DNA of 64,000 nt from Eledone cirrhosa (lineage: Eukaryota), in the NCBI GenBank assembly GCA_964016885.1, contig OZ024745.1:60698001-60762000 (forward strand), in the 5' to 3' direction. Made by a program: the position numbers and the translations under genes. Positions 1 through 15,172 of the stretch are shown piece after piece (position 1 is the stretch's first letter; each line of letters begins with the position of its first letter). Below the pieces are notes generated by a model that was given only the letters and a program-made list of their open reading frames with translations, ran no database searches and had not been told where the DNA came from.

Positions 1-606
1 TATTTGTTCTAGGACATTACTTTTTTTTTTTTATTTTTTTTTTTTTAGTTCAAATCCCGCTGAGGTCATCTTTGCCTTTCATCCTTACAATATCGATTAA
101 AAATAAGGTCAAATTATTGGCCTTGTGCCAATTTTAGAAAGAATATTGATTTCTAATTTAGATATAAAGCCAGCAAAGATTTCAGGAAGATCAAAGTTGA
201 TTTAATCAATCCCCGGTGACATAAGGCATTTCATGGGCATTTAAAACCTGGCGGAGACCATCACTCTCTGAATCTTAACACAGCCGATTTCTTCCAGGGT
301 AGAAGAGTGTGAGTGATAGAGAGGAGGTGATATAGAGGAAGAATCAACCCTAGTACTGGACTGGTACTTTATATTGACCTTGAAATGAGAAAGGCATAGT
401 TGACATCGATAAGATTTTTAACTCAGCGTGCACCTCTATCGAAGTATAAATGCGCACGAGTTTTAATTAAAATATAATTTCCTGATGTTATTCGGAAGAT
501 ATTGAGGAGATAGATTTACAAGAACGATTTCTGATATCATAATGAAATATTAATCTATCTGGGAATCAGAATCTAATATATAAATTTGAGCGACTTCCGT
601 CACACA

Positions 607-863
<257 letters not shown>

Positions 864-1573
864 TATGTCTGTGAGTGTGTATTTCTGTAAGTGTGTCTGT
901 GTTTGCACGTTTATATTTATATACTCATACATATAAATGTTTGCTTATGTACACATACACATACACATATACACATACACATATACACATGCACATATAC
1001 ACATACGCGTCAACGTGTTGAAAAAGATTCTAGTATTTATAAACTTCTGATGTAGTTTGTTCGGTCTGTCTGTTATCGGCTTTGAAGTGAACCGGTCAAT
1101 GCTCTCCTCGCTTTTTTGCATTTCTTTATCGTTCTATATCCCATACTGTATCAAAACAATGTTTATTTATCAGAGATGAAGTTGAAGAGTATGCCTGCAT
1201 TATTGTTGTTATTGCTGTTGCTGTTCTTTTCGTTTTGTTGTTTTTATTGTTTATCACTGTTCTGTTTGCAGGTTTGGTTATTTTGTAGTTTATATTGTTG
1301 CTGTTGTGGCTGATTAAGTTGCGTGCTCTTTGGCCCGCCAACCTTTCTGTTCTTTTTTGTAGGGTGACGGTCATTAGTCGTTTTCTTTCACTCCTCCTCC
1401 CTCATAACCAAGATTTTATTCTCCATTATAATCAGACAATTGGGTGCCGTTTAAGAGGATAATCTAGTTGAATATCTTGTTTAAGTTATCCGAGTGTATA
1501 TCTCCGTAAATTTCGGACCAGGTTTCATAGCGGTACTTGTTCACACCCAGAACTGTGTTCTGTTCCTCTAGGA

Positions 1574-1740
1574 CAGAGTTTTCCAAAAATTTTCAAACGC
1601 GGAATCCTTTTTGATTCAGAAACTTTTGGGGTAACCCCAAAGTCTAATACTGTTATATGGTTGTAATATAAATATACTCCTCTACCTTTTTTCACGGAAC
1701 CCCAGACATTCGTTTGCGGAACCCACTTTGGGAACCACTG
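1574..1740. mobile_element. hAT/Charlie-type MITE
   Basis: TIRs CAGAGTTTTCCAAA / TTGGGAACCACTG; perfect 8-bp TSD CTCTAGGA at 1566 and 1741. Confidence 0.8.
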
Positions 1741-4466
1741 CTCTAGGACAATGCATGTCACCAACCAACTGAAGTTTAATTCTGGCGACACATTCAACAT
1801 ATAAAGCTTCACTGCTCACCGATTCATGTATTTTGGAATGAGGCCACCCCTCCAATCTCCAATCTCTCTCTCAATCTCTCTCTCTCAATCTCTTCCTTTT
1901 CTCTCTCATTCACTGGAGAGTGAAATGTTTCTTTGCATGAACTTTCGAGAGGAATCTAAACTCTCTTGTCGCCCAGCAGGAATAAAAAAAAAAAGACCTA
2001 CGTCACTCCATATTCCACTCAATTATTTCTCTAAGTGTGTTTGACCTTTTCTACAAGTCGGCTTTTGACTGGCTCATACCGGTACGTTTTTCCCTAAGAA
2101 CTTTGGAACATGGCTAATGAGACCTTTCTTTCTTCTCTCAAGACGAACATTTTGCCCCCTCATAGGTCTGTCTATTTCTCATCTAGAGAGATCTACACAA
2201 CTATTTAGGTAGCCTTTGTAGCGCTCTTGTTGTAGATGTTCATACTGCTGCTGTCGTTTCTGTTGATGAAGCTGGCGGTCACCAATGCCACCATTCCAAT
2301 ATAGGAATGGTGGCATTGGTGGTGTTGGTGATGTTTACAATAGCGATTGTTCTGGTCGTTCCAGCTTCCATAATGTCCGTAGCTAACATCGTTGTAATGT
2401 TACTACTGGTGGTCGTCGTGGTCGTGGCCAGATTTAGACCTTGGGGGGTTTGAAGTTTTCGAGATCCTATATTTGAGAGGACACTTTTAGTAGGTAGTCC
2501 CGTGAACCATTCCTCGTAGACGAAGGCTTTCTATCACATGAGCTTGGTTGTGCTGTCTTTTCAATCACATGACTCGCATTGACTAATTAGAATTTTGCCA
2601 AAACCAACGCACGTGTACGACTAGAAATGCGAGGAACTAAGTGACAAAGGAGTGAAAAGAAAATTGATGAGCGTATAGGTATGAATTTATCTAAAATTTG
2701 CCAAATGATACCAGCCTGTTATGTTGTAAGATTACTGGCTAGATCAACAGTGTAGTATTAAGAAATTGAGTTTCATAGAACGACTGATATTTGCTAGGAG
2801 GAATTGGTTAATATGTCTATATTTGATTAAACTTAAAGCGTTTTCCCATTCGTTTTTAGAAAACGACAGGGTAGGTTTTAGAAACCGACAGGGTAGGTTT
2901 TAATGAATACATAGCTGCTATTTCTTGCAGGTCGAGTGACCATGCAGAGGCTTACTCCTTAGTTCTTGTGCCTGTATATGTTTATGTGTGTAATAACCAG
3001 GATTATATATCCATACCTAAGGATTTCATGACTTCATCCATCTAAAGGCGAATGTAATAATCAATGGGTAGAAAATAATAATATGCATCCATTTAAAGTT
3101 TTTTTTTTTGGCTCATTGTCACATTGTAGCAAAACAAGGACAGTTTGAAAAATGACATATACTTAAGTCAAGCTGCTTCACTTATGGCAGTAAGAGTTAC
3201 ATGAGGGACTTCCGCTCTGAAGAACTAAAATGAAAGTAATAGAAGTAGCAGCAACGGCAGCAGATCCCGGAAGCATCTGTTACAACAGCATCAATTGGTC
3301 AAAACTCCGGAAACGGCGATGAAGATCACCTCGTTCTCTATCCTATACGATCACAAGCTTGAAGCCTCCTTTCTAATAGCGTTTTCTCCCTCCCCCACCC
3401 TCATCTGGAGGTTGGATAGGGGAAGCAGTCCGTTCCGAGATGAAAATATAGAAAGGAAAGGAAGGTGAGAGGTGAACACAACCAGAAGATGTCTACGGCG
3501 TTGAAAAGACACACTACGCACGCAGTCACACAACGTTTTAGTGATACGTGGGGTAGGACTAAGAATTATGTAATTTAGTGTTCGACCTAGAACAGGGTTT
3601 CTCAACCTGGACGATTTCAACTGTTGGGTGGGTGATGAACAACTGAACAGAAAATGGTGAACGATTGGAGTTTTTAGTGGGTGATATAGGGTTTTGAGTA
3701 TTAAGAAGGTATTTCAACATGTGCTACCCACCAAAAAAATATTCAAAGGAGATATGCAAAGAACCTATATAAAAAAAAAAACAAAAAAAAAAAAAACAGG
3801 AGCCTAAACGAGAATAACTGGGCCACATTCTTAGATAACATATTATCAATCCCACAAACAATGAATATTTCGGTATTTCCTATAGTTTTCAGAAGAGTCA
3901 TTAACATTTAAATAGTTCTTTGAACGAAATAACATGTGAGGGGATATAAAACAAATAAGGGAAGACCAAAAACAAATTTGCCAATACCAATAAAATTAAT
4001 CAAGACGTGATTTCAGTATAAACTCGCCAATGGCGCCATCACCGAGAGATCACACATAAATTTGACTTCAAGTGATGACCTTTAAAAACTCTGAACACGC
4101 TAAAATCGAATTATTTGTTTGAACGAATTTTCTGTCAATTCTGCCTTGATAATGATGATGACTATGTTAGGCTTTTGTACCATACTGAAATACAATGGTT
4201 GTCAAAAGGCAACTGCATTGTCCATTTTGTCGAACTATTTGATCCAATATGTTTAAAGACACTACACTATCCACTTCTTTGATTGGTTCAAAATGTAATA
4301 TTTTTTTCCTTAGAGACAACTTTACCTTTCATTCTTTCGTAGTCGATAAATGAAGTTTTGTACCGGGGTCTATTCTTTCTCTATATTTCTTTCATAAGGA
4401 TTGACAGAATCGTTAGAGCATCGGACAAAATGTTTGGGGGCATTTATTTAGGGCCCTTTATGTTGT

Positions 4467-4690
4467 GAAGACGCGTGGTTGAGTGGTTAGAGAATTGGAT
4501 TCGCAATCGTGAGGTTGTGAGTTCGATTCCCGGACTGTGCGATGCGTTATGTCCTTGAGCAAGACACTTTATTTCACGTTGCTCTTTCTACCTGGAGTTG
4601 CGACCGATAAATAGTATTAGCAATTGAAAAGACCAGCGGAAACATTATTTCTTCGGTCTGATTTGACGAAAGTCGATCGATTGTCGATGT
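4467..4690 (+). mobile_element. tRNA-derived CORE-like SINE, family B, inserted in a SINE A
   Basis: A box TGGTTGAGTGG, B box GAGTTCGATTCCC, TGTCCTTGAGCAAGACACTTTATTTCACGTTGCTC; flanked by ATGTTGTGAA/ATGTTCTGAA. Confidence 0.7.
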
Positions 4691-4988
4691 TCTGAATCCA
4701 AATTCCACCAATGTCAAGATTGCCTTTCATCCTTCAGGAGTCAATAAAATAAAATACCAGTAAAATACTCGGTTCAATTTAATCCACATTCCCCTCCCTC
4801 CACAATCACTGGCCTTGCACTTAAATTAAAAGCCATTATTATTTTGACAGAACACATTTTTTTATCTAATCATACTTATCCGTAATATCTTGATGGGGTT
4901 ATGTCAATGACCGTTACTCAGGTTAGCAAGCATCACGAGGTACTTTTGACACGCACGCAAATACATACACACTTACACACACACGTGC

Positions 4989-5064
<76 letters not shown>

Positions 5065-5142
5065 ACATATACTTGTATACAGGCACACGCAAACACACAA
5101 ACAGGCACACAAGCACTCGCAGGGACACAGACACATATATAT

Positions 5143-5859
5143 ATTTAACGAAGGGTTAAAAATAAAATGTTAGAATGGTTATATAATAACAAGAATAATA
5201 GTTGTAAATATATAATAGGAATATAAAGAATATAAGAATATATGATTTGGTTATATATGGTTTACTTCACGTGAATCAATTAAAAAGTACATATAAAACA
5301 GTTACCAAAAGTTGTTAACGTTGTTATTGTTTCTGATGTGAGGCTGTTGTAGTCTGTTGTTGTTGTTGGTATGAAAGCAGCGAGCGACAAATAATTGTTG
5401 TTGTTGTTGTTGTTGGAATTTGGAGACCGTTGTAGTAGTTGTGAGACCGTAGTTAGTAAGAGTGAGAGAGAGATGGCTTGTATATCTCTGAATGGTCTGT
5501 AATTAGTTGTAGACCACTGTGGCTTGAACATGGTCTGTAGGAGTAGGGTTCCAATCGCTCTGTGTGTATCTGTAAGCCTCATGGGGTCTGTTGATAGTGG
5601 TGAATCCTTACATAGTTTGTTGTGTATCCTAGCGCTTCGATATCTCTGTGTCTGTAGACCCTTGGGGTCTATTGATAGCAGTAAATCCTTACATAGCTTG
5701 TTCTGTAGTGGGGTGCTCCGATGTATCTCCTGAAGTGGGATAATAGCACAGGCTTTATATAGCTATCGCTTCCTGTCCCCCACCTTGAGGGGACAGTCAA
5801 AACATCAACCTGTCTGCACCAAAAGGGGGGTTGACCTAGAATTTGATCTTTAGGTATCA
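5143..5859 (-). mobile_element. Possible solo LTR
   Basis: Minus strand starts TGATACC, has TATATAAAG ~100 bp in and an internal duplication; terminal CA and TSD not clean. Confidence 0.3.
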
Positions 5860-7007
5860 CCCAAAGTTCAAGGCGCGGACAGATTTCGCTACATATATAT
5901 ATGCACAGACATACATAAATATGCAGGCATGCATATGCAAATACATACGTAGTTGTTTTGGGACGTTTTGTCGGTTCCAACAATGAGTGTTGTTTGCACG
6001 TGAAATTAACGTGTAAGTGGCTGAGTATTCCATCCACACATGCATCCTTAACGTATTCTCAGGGAGATTCAGTATGTGACAAGCTGGCGTTTTGAATTAC
6101 ACATACAAGTTATGTTTTTCAGCTGAATGAACTGGAATCGAACTCACGACATTACGACCAGGAGCCAACCCTCTTAACCACTAAGTCAAGCGCCTTCACG
6201 CAAATATACAAGCACACAAACTTACATATACACGTGTGCACATACGCATGCGCACATACATGCATGCGCACGTACTCATGTGCACGTACACAATCACAAG
6301 TCATTCACCTATACATTTATTCATGCAGTCATGCACATACTGACGCACTAACACACACTCGGTTCTAGAGGTAGCCCGAGGACATCAGATGACACGTGTC
6401 TTTGCGCATGTCTCTTCAATGTTCTGTGTCCTTGTTTCACCGTTCTTCACGAAATAAAATAGTTACAAATTCATTTTTGTGATGTAGTTAGTTACTAACA
6501 TCATAAATGAATAAATACAATAAATACAATAAATACAATAAAGAAATAAAGAATTAAAGAAATAAAGAAAGTAGGAAAGAAAAGAAGAAAAAAAAGGAAA
6601 GGAAAAAGAAAAAAAGGGAAAAGAAAAGAGGGTAATTAATTATTTTCACCGAGGACGAGAGATAAGCCTCTGGCCAACTCAGACTGTCACCCCAATTCGT
6701 TGCATGATTATAGCTATTTCACATCATTTACGTCATTAAATCCTACATAAATTGCTTCAGTCTCACATTATCTCACTTTCCTTTCATTATTAAAATAGAA
6801 ACAATTATTAAATCTGAAATCTTTTATTTATTTATTTTATTTTATTTTATTTTATTTATTTTTTTCCTATGTAAAATGTTAAAATAAATCATTAAAATTT
6901 CAGAAATTATGAGTAAGCTTCAAGTCTGCCGAAGATCCAATTCGCGTTTGATTCTCTTCTGAAATGGCACTTCAAACCCTGGTGGAGCTCTGAACACGGT
7001 CGGTTTC

Positions 7008-7069
<62 letters not shown>

Positions 7070-8368
7070 TCGATCCCAGTATTAAACTGGCACTTTTTTT
7101 TATCGACCCCAAAAGGTTGAAAAGCAAAGTTGACCTTGGCGGGATTTGAACACAAAGGGCTGAGTTCAAACAAATACTGCAAAACGTTCTAACCACTTTG
7201 CCAATTTGCCACCTTTTAAAACATGTAACTGAAACCTCCTAAAGGACCTTTAAATGCCAGGGTATAGCTCAGGGTATAGATGGTTGTTGCTGCTGTTATT
7301 GTTATTATTGTTGTTGTTGTTGTTAGTGTTGATGTTGATGTATTTCTTCATATATATTGTTGATGTTGTACTCACTCGCACTGAGCAAACAATCCACCAA
7401 CTGCATGGCTGTTATTGTTATGTGTTGTTGTTGTTGTTGTTAGTGGTTTTATCCTCTAGGTCGTCCCTGGTCGAGTACACCCACCTATTATTAGAAGCAT
7501 ACTAGCTTTGACCATCCCATAGATTGTGAAAAAAGGTAGAGGAGTATATTTATATTAGGACCATATAGCAGACTTTGGGGTTCCCCTTAAAGCTTCTGAA
7601 CCAACAAGGGTTCTGCGTTTGAAAAAGTGTGGAAACCCTGCCATAGAGGATCTTACGTGTGCTTCTTTCTTTAAGACTATCTGCAATGATTTAAGGGAGT
7701 TTTGTAGATATTCCTAGTACGTAGAGCGACCACATACAGGCTATTTCGTTGGCTTCTTTCTAGTTTTGATGGATACGTCGCTTAGTAGGTTTGATGGTTG
7801 GTGTTGTTTAGCCCCAGGTCAACTCGAATAACACGGACCTATGATCAAAGATATTCCATCTATGACCATTCCATCTTTTCCCTGTGTGTTAGGAACCCAG
7901 GATGGCATTATCCAACACATCTTATGGGGGTAGGGTGTGATAAACGAGACACTTTGGTTGTTATTTCTAGCAGATCGAGCAAACATGTAGAGGCTTCCTC
8001 GTTTGTTCCTTCTGTGGCCAGCTGACAGTCACGAAACATAGCTTACCACATTAATTCTATTCTACTTAAACTGAGAAAATTGATTTTTATAATAATTTCA
8101 TTAAAAAAAAAAAAGTTAAACTGACCACAATATATTGATTAAATTTGTATATTGATTTACATCTCGTTAGGGATGTAAATATTACAAGATCGCTAGCCTG
8201 GACATTGGTACACACAGATACTCACACGTGTACGTAATCACACTCTCACAAGCTCAGAAGCAGACGCGCGTATTCGCACGCACACTCTTACATGCGCGCT
8301 TATGCTCACACCCAAACGCGCGCATTCGCGCGCACACAAACACACATATATAAATATATATATATATA

Positions 8369-9300
8369 CTAGCAGAGGTACCCGGCGTTGCTCGGATATT
8401 AAATAGCAGTTGTGTATACCATTTATGTCAATACTTCAGTGCTGCTTCGAAAACTATACTTTTACAAAATCATCGGCTTTTTCCAAAAGGGGGTTCCTGC
8501 CTCCAGGGGTCCCCTACCCAATAGGTGCAAATTCTCAGAGTTCACACACATCTGTAGGACAAACGTAGCCCATGTGTCAAGTTTTGTGAAAATTGGTTGC
8601 GAACTCTAGAAGTTATGACGTTTTGTTGCATTGCACTGCAATGCTTCAGTCGACTCCAAGAAAGTGGTTAAAGTGGTTATCTGTCGGGGGGTGGGTGGGG
8701 GCTATAATCAATATCTGGAAAAATGACAGTGCCCATGACCATCCGGAGTACATAAGTAACCTATGTCTTATGTTTGCTGAAAATACTGTAGAAATGCATA
8801 AGGTTTATACATACGCGCGTGCGTTCGTGTGTGTGTGTGTATGTGTGTGTGTGTGTGGGGGGTATATGTATTTGTGTGTGCGTATGTATGTGTATGTCCG
8901 TCGGGGCATACGTATGTACTGGCCTAAATCTTCACTATTTACTTTTACTATTTTAATAACCTCTGTCATTTTCGTTTTCAATTTTATTTGCATCATTCTT
9001 AAACTCCGGGGCTGGAAATCATTCTGTTATTTTAAATAGAATATTAGTCTAACTCCATTTATACCATAAACTTGGTCTTGTCTTTGCATGAAATTGTTCT
9101 TCACGCTCCACATAACGACGTATTATCCTCGCTTTTTACCCGTTCATTGCCAGGGAACGTCTTCACGAACCAAAATATCGTCTTCCTGTTTTCGTTCGGT
9201 TGCAACGTTTCTCGAAATATTTACTTCTGCGTTCACAAATTACTCTCAGTTCAATTTGAATGGGAAATTCCTGTTTCGTCGATTTTCTCCGTAACCATGG
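8369..9300 (-). mobile_element. Non-autonomous Helitron-like element (5' boundary uncertain)
   Basis: CTAG terminus at 8369-8372 with adjacent hairpin CCCGGCGTTGCTCGG; 8800-9240 recurs inverted at ~26425-26900. Confidence 0.6.
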
Positions 9301-9970
9301 AAGCTTGTAGCTTGAAAGACGACTCAACGCCTCCTTGGGTCATTCTGCATAACTGTGTAAATTTTCGCTGCATTCCACCAAGCCATTTCGACGTTTATCC
9401 GACTACACCTACATATACAACGTCCGACCACTTCCAATACATATTTGATAGGACTCCAGCTCACACCTTCTTCTTCTTCTTCTTCTTCTTCTTCTTCTTC
9501 TTCTTCTTCTTCTTCTTCTTCTTCTTCTTCTTCTTCTTCTTTTTCTCCCCCTGGAACATTGGGCTGCGAGCCATCCCCACACAACGCCATGTTCTGAGTC
9601 TGCTGTTCAACTCCACCGTGATGCACGGTGCGTCATGGTGCATCTAACCATTTTTTTAGGTCTTACTAGGGCTGATTTCTTCCTGAGAGAAAGAAAGAGA
9701 TGGAAAAAGGCAGAGAAGATTCATCCCCGGAGGAATAATAAAAAATGTTTACACTGCACATTTCATTTTTTCAAAGCTAAAGCTACCGATCCAAAATCAG
9801 TAATTCAACTCCGTGAAAACTTTCAAATATATGCTGTTCTAGCATGAATATTATGCTAAGGGGCAGCTGTCCACAAAGTAAGATTTACTTGCATATTCCC
9901 GCTCATATAAACACATAAATACATGCATACATACATTACAGTTGATATTTTTTTTTATTAAAGCGTTTTC

Positions 9971-10020
<50 letters not shown>

Positions 10021-10338
10021 CGAAACATAAGTCAATTGCATGAACTCATAATCCTTTATTTACTGCTTTATTTGTATGAAATTGTAAATAAGACAATGAA
10101 TATTGAAAGCGACTACGGAAAAAGGGGGAAATAACTCACCGAACGCGATAGTAAATAGACCGTTTGGGGGGCCCAGGAACCACATTTTTCAAGTTAGAGA
10201 TTTGAAACCTCGTTTATTTGCTTCCTTGGCACTTTTTACATAGGTGTGTAAATGTTCATGTCCGTCCGACCACGTCTACTACCATTTAACCGTGCACAGC
10301 TAAATTTCAACCACCACCCATTTCACAAATATATATTA

Positions 10339-11243
10339 CTAGCATTAAAGCCCGGCGTTGCTCGGGGTCATTAAGTTACCAAAGTTAGGTTGCACCACCC
10401 ATTTTATGGCACCACTTTTTTGTCTGCCAGGCACAGGGTGAATGAATTGCAGACCTGGAAGCAGGAGCTGCGCCAGCAGTGACAATTGTAGTTTCGCCTA
10501 TGGATATTATCTCTGTGCAAAAAAGTGTTGAAATTTATTGTTTCACAGTACTTGCGCAACACACGCGTAGACGATGCCAGCCGAACAACAGAGCTGCGAT
10601 GGAGTTGTTCTGCATGGTTGTCTGTGTGTTTTCTAAATTTAAGACAGTAGGGAGGGTTGTGATATGAGGGAGAGTTAGCTTTTGTTTCTAGCAGGTTTAG
10701 TGACCTCATAGAGGATATGTGTTTTCTAAATTTAAGACAGTAGGGAGTGGTGTGATATGGGGGAGAGTTAGCTGCTGTTTCTAGCAGGTTTAGTAACTTC
10801 ATAGAGGATATGTGTTTTCTAAATTTAAGACAGTATGGAGTGGTGTGGGGAGGGGTGTGATATGGGGGAGAGTTAGCTGCTGTTTCTAGCAGGTTTAGTA
10901 ACCTCATAGAGGATATGTGTTTTCTAAATTTAAGACAGTAGGGAGTGGTGTGAACGGACAGTATCACCATCAAGCTTGGAAAGAGAAAGTAGCAGAAAGT
11001 ATGAAGTTGTATAGATTTTGAATGGTAGTAGAAAGAGTTCAGCAGTTTAAATGAGAGAGAAAAATCGTAAAATATTGAGTTTTATCTATTTTTTGCGTAA
11101 TTGTGGGTGAAATTGAAAAAATTATCTGCGTCAAGACGCATTCGAAACTATTTCGAATACTGATTTGTAAATTTCAATTGAAGAAATTCTATATCGTAGA
11201 TTTCTATAACGAAGGAGCATGACCACACACTGAGCTTTATAGA
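10339..11243 (-). mobile_element. Non-autonomous Helitron with internal ~66-76-bp tandem repeats
   Basis: CTAG plus CCCGGCGTTGCTCGGG at left, TCTATAAAG (minus) at right; 4-5 repeat units at 10625-10952. Confidence 0.7.
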
Positions 11244-11269
11244 TTATGATATATATATATATATATATT

Positions 11270-11416
11270 TCGTTTCTGAATTTGTTTAGCAAGATTCTTT
11301 ATCTGAAATCGTGTGTTGAAACCGATATTGTTATACTTTGGGAGGGTCATGTTGCCAATAAGAAACACACGTGTGTTTCTTATTGGCAACATGACCCTCC
11401 CAAAGTATAACAATAT
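11270..11416. mobile_element. Foldback insert in (TA)n; 3' end of the HHR family seen at 25606-25943
   Basis: Perfect 46-bp arms 11325-11370 and 11371-11416; 11270-11348 is nearly identical to 25606-25685. Confidence 0.8.
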
Positions 11417-11426
11417 ATATATATAT

Positions 11427-11479
<53 letters not shown>

Positions 11480-12885
11480 GTGAGAGAAAGAGAGCGAGAG
11501 TGAGAGAGAGAGCGAGAGAGAGGGAGATATTCGTTTTTGTTTGATTAATCTCAGGCACTCCCAGCAGTGGCGAAGGGTAACCTGGAAAGCAGGGCATACA
11601 GTCCAATCGCCATGGCGGAAAGTGGCGCTGTGCAGCCCCCTCCCTCATTCCCTCTAAATGACCCCCCGGTCAAAGCCGCATGTAGTGTTATCTAGTGTGT
11701 GTGTGTGTGTTATCTTTTTATGTGTCTACGATTTAGTAAGCAGCCAAAATTCTGCTTGCTTCAACCGACGCAATTGATCAACTCAATATTCTATAACGCA
11801 TGCACTGCATGCGTTGCATGCACGCACCCTTCGCCCCTGACTCCCAGACCAATTACTGCAAATCATTGACATAAACTATTGTGTAAGGAGTGAAACTGAA
11901 GACAACGCCATCTGCCAGTAAAAAGAATATCTCTATTCCAGTCACTAAAGTCACATTCATGTAATCTTTCAGATATAATCCTACATTTAGACGAACTTTG
12001 CAATCTACTTTCTGGATATGTTATATATTGTGTGGATACATCCATCCCTAAACTATTAAATCCCACCCCCATAAAAAAATAACTAGTAAGAATATAAAAA
12101 AAAAATGAATATTTGCTCCAGTGCTCTTAAGTCAAATAATCACTCCCTCCCTTTACAGAGCAGCAATGCATTATCTTTTGAATCTTTTAAGAGAAAGTAG
12201 GGAACAAATTCAGCTTAATACACTGACATAGTTTGTGGAAAGGATTGGCTACTGCCAGTCAATTCTAAAAGTCACCAACAGATGATAAAAACCTATCCAA
12301 TGTTTTGAACTATTTCTATATGAGGTTTAATGTCAACAGCAACCATCCACCTAGTTCATAGGATATTAATTACACTGGTCTAGTGGTAAGGGTGATGGAC
12401 TGATTGTGTGTTGTGTTTATGAGCAAAACACTTCATTTCACGTTGCTCCAGTGTACTCAGTTGAAAATAAGTACCAGCAATAGCTGGGAGTTTAACCCTG
12501 CGATGGACTGGCGTCCTGTCTAGGGTAGGGCTGGGGAGTCTGGTACTCTCAATCACTTCACGCCACACAACCGGGATAAATACTGGCCTGACGAGCCTCC
12601 TAGCTTGAGACAGACTTTAGACTAGGCTTGAACTACTCATTTGTGTTTTAAAAGATAAGTGTAAGTAAAATATTGAATTCTAATTTAGGCAGAAGGTCAA
12701 TAATTTGAGGTGAGGAGAAAGTCGATCATAAAAATCCCAGTACTTTACTGATATTTTGTTTTATTGACTCTTTCTAACATTTGAGGGAGAAGGGAAAGTC
12801 GATTATATCGACACCCACTACTTTATCGACTCTGGAAGGATGAAATGCAAACTTAACCTCGGTGACACACACATACATAGATACA

Positions 12886-13002
<117 letters not shown>

Positions 13003-13031
13003 GTGGTAATACAACAGTTATTTCACCATAC

Positions 13032-13069
13032 CGAGAACAATTGTTTCACCTTAGCGGATCGTCAGCTCG
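13032..13069 (-). ncRNA. Minimal type I hammerhead ribozyme, left arm of foldback
   Basis: Minus strand reads CGAG-CTGACGA-tCCgctaaGGt-GAAA-CAATTG-TT-CTCG: helix I CGAG/CTCG, intact core, palindromic helix III. Confidence 0.85.
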
Positions 13070-13082
13070 TAATGGTCCATTA

Positions 13083-13120
13083 CGAGCTGAGGATCCGCTA
13101 AGGTGAAACAATTGTTCTTG
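13083..13120 (+). ncRNA. Minimal type I hammerhead ribozyme, right arm of foldback
   Basis: CGAG-CTGAGGA-tCCgctaaGGt-GAAA-CAATTG-TT-CTTG; inverted copy of 13032-13069. Confidence 0.8.
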
Positions 13121-13711
13121 GTATGGTGAACTAACTGTTGTATTACCACTTCTACCTAACTCGTCCCATGGACTGAGTGCTCTACCACTACGGATATTAC
13201 CTGCCAGTGTTCTATATATATATATATATATATGCTTAATATAGAAACTGCTTCTACAGGACTAGAACTATTTCATTCGAAGAAATCATTTTTATATTAA
13301 AAATTTATACGATACTAGGTATTGAGTACCTTACTTACTGTGGTTACCCCTGATTGAACCCGGGATATACATCTCTCTCTCTCTTTCTTCCTTTCTCCCC
13401 CCCCCCCCTCTCTCTTTCTCTCTATCTCTCTCTCTCTGTATATATATATATTTTTCTTTTCGGGGGTATGTGTTACCCATATGAAATGTCTCCCCCTATT
13501 GGGGATAATCGACTAATTTTTAAATTACATTTGTGATAATATTTTACACGTTTTTATTGTATGTAAACTTCCCCCTTTGTATTTGTCCCCTTCTTTTGTG
13601 CTCCTGTGGCTAATAAAGAAACACACACACACACATATATATATATATGCTGGGCGCACAGGCATTAGGATGTGTGTTTTCCTTCCAGCGACATATCAAA
13701 TATATCGATTT

Positions 13712-13799
13712 TCATCTGATGAAACCGTTCTCATAATCAACAGAAAATGCATGAAGGACATCTCGATTGCATGGAGAACCGTGGAAATAATTATTATGA
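13712..13799 (+). ncRNA. Type I hammerhead ribozyme with long helix II
   Basis: TCAT-CTGATGA-aaccgttctc...gagaaccgtg-GAAA-TAATTA-TT-ATGA; helix I TCAT/ATGA, palindromic helix III; between (TA)n tracts. Confidence 0.7.
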
Positions 13800-13834
13800 T
13801 TAAACGATATATGTAACCTCAGCATCTTATTTTG

Positions 13835-13885
<51 letters not shown>

Positions 13886-13911
13886 CAGTATATATATATG
13901 TACAGTATATA

Positions 13912-13996
<85 letters not shown>

Positions 13997-14191
13997 TGTA
14001 CATATATATATATATATATATCCATTAAAATCCTTCTATTTTTCTCCGGATTACTTTTGGAACTACAACTGGAACCGTCGAGCAAACTCTACGTGAGCTG
14101 TCCATCTACTGTGTGTAATATTTATATTACAACACTACGGAAAATACTGTATATATATATATATATATATATGTACAGTATATATATATGT

Positions 14192-14267
<76 letters not shown>

Positions 14268-15172
14268 CATACATACATACACGCAAACGCAAATGGCTTA
14301 TTATTATGGTTGGCGAGTTGGTGATTAGTAAAATTAAATTGCACCGGACTGATTCATAAATGAAACCATTGAGATAAAAACTGTAGTTAAACAAAAACCT
14401 AAACGAAAGAATGTCAGCAGTTGTGTCAGTAGAAAGTCAACATTGATGCTGTAATGGCTGCGAAATGTCATTTTCATTTCCTTTTTTTCTACAGGAGTGG
14501 GAGAGAGGGGGGGGGGCTCACGTGAACTGAAAATGTCTCGTGATACCATTACATAATCTGGTCCCCCGGGACCGCAAAGCGGCCTAACCCTTAAACAGTG
14601 AGTGGGTAGTAAATACAGATCTATCTAACTCACACACAATAAACAGTATATATAATTATAGATAACTTTATCGCTTCAACAGTATGAATTGTTAATCCAG
14701 ATTTCTCGTTTCTTTCGTATCACGTCATCCACCTTCCTTCTGCCTTTCTACTGTTATTGTTGTTGTTGTCGTTGACGTTGTCGTTGTTGTTGTTGCTGGT
14801 GGTGGTGGTGGTGGTGGTTTAGCCCCAAGTCAAACATGACCAAGCAAACCTATGACCGAAAGGGTTCAGCTGTGACTCACATCTTTTTTCTATGAGGTCA
14901 TGGAACTCATGACTTCAATACCAAATGTGTTCCTCACCCTTTTTTTTTTAAGAATGTGGGTGTGATTTGAGGGATATTTGAATAGCAGGACTAATTAACG
15001 TGTTGGTTAGTATTTCATGATCTAATGTGCTCCCGGTCGAAGTTTTTAGCAATCAAAGAAGATAAAGGATCACCTAAACGATTATTCTATAGCTGGAAAG
15101 ATAAATGATTATTTAACCAACCTACCCAAGACCGCCCTTAATTATGATATAAAATCTTTCATTTTATATTGT

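Noticed and set aside
4467-4540. tRNA gene
   Set aside because: A and B boxes are SINE heads followed by SINE bodies; no complete cloverleaf.
10625-10952. Regular repeats resembling a CRISPR array
   Set aside because: Whole units repeat with no unique spacers; inside a Helitron-like element; eukaryotic context, no cas genes.
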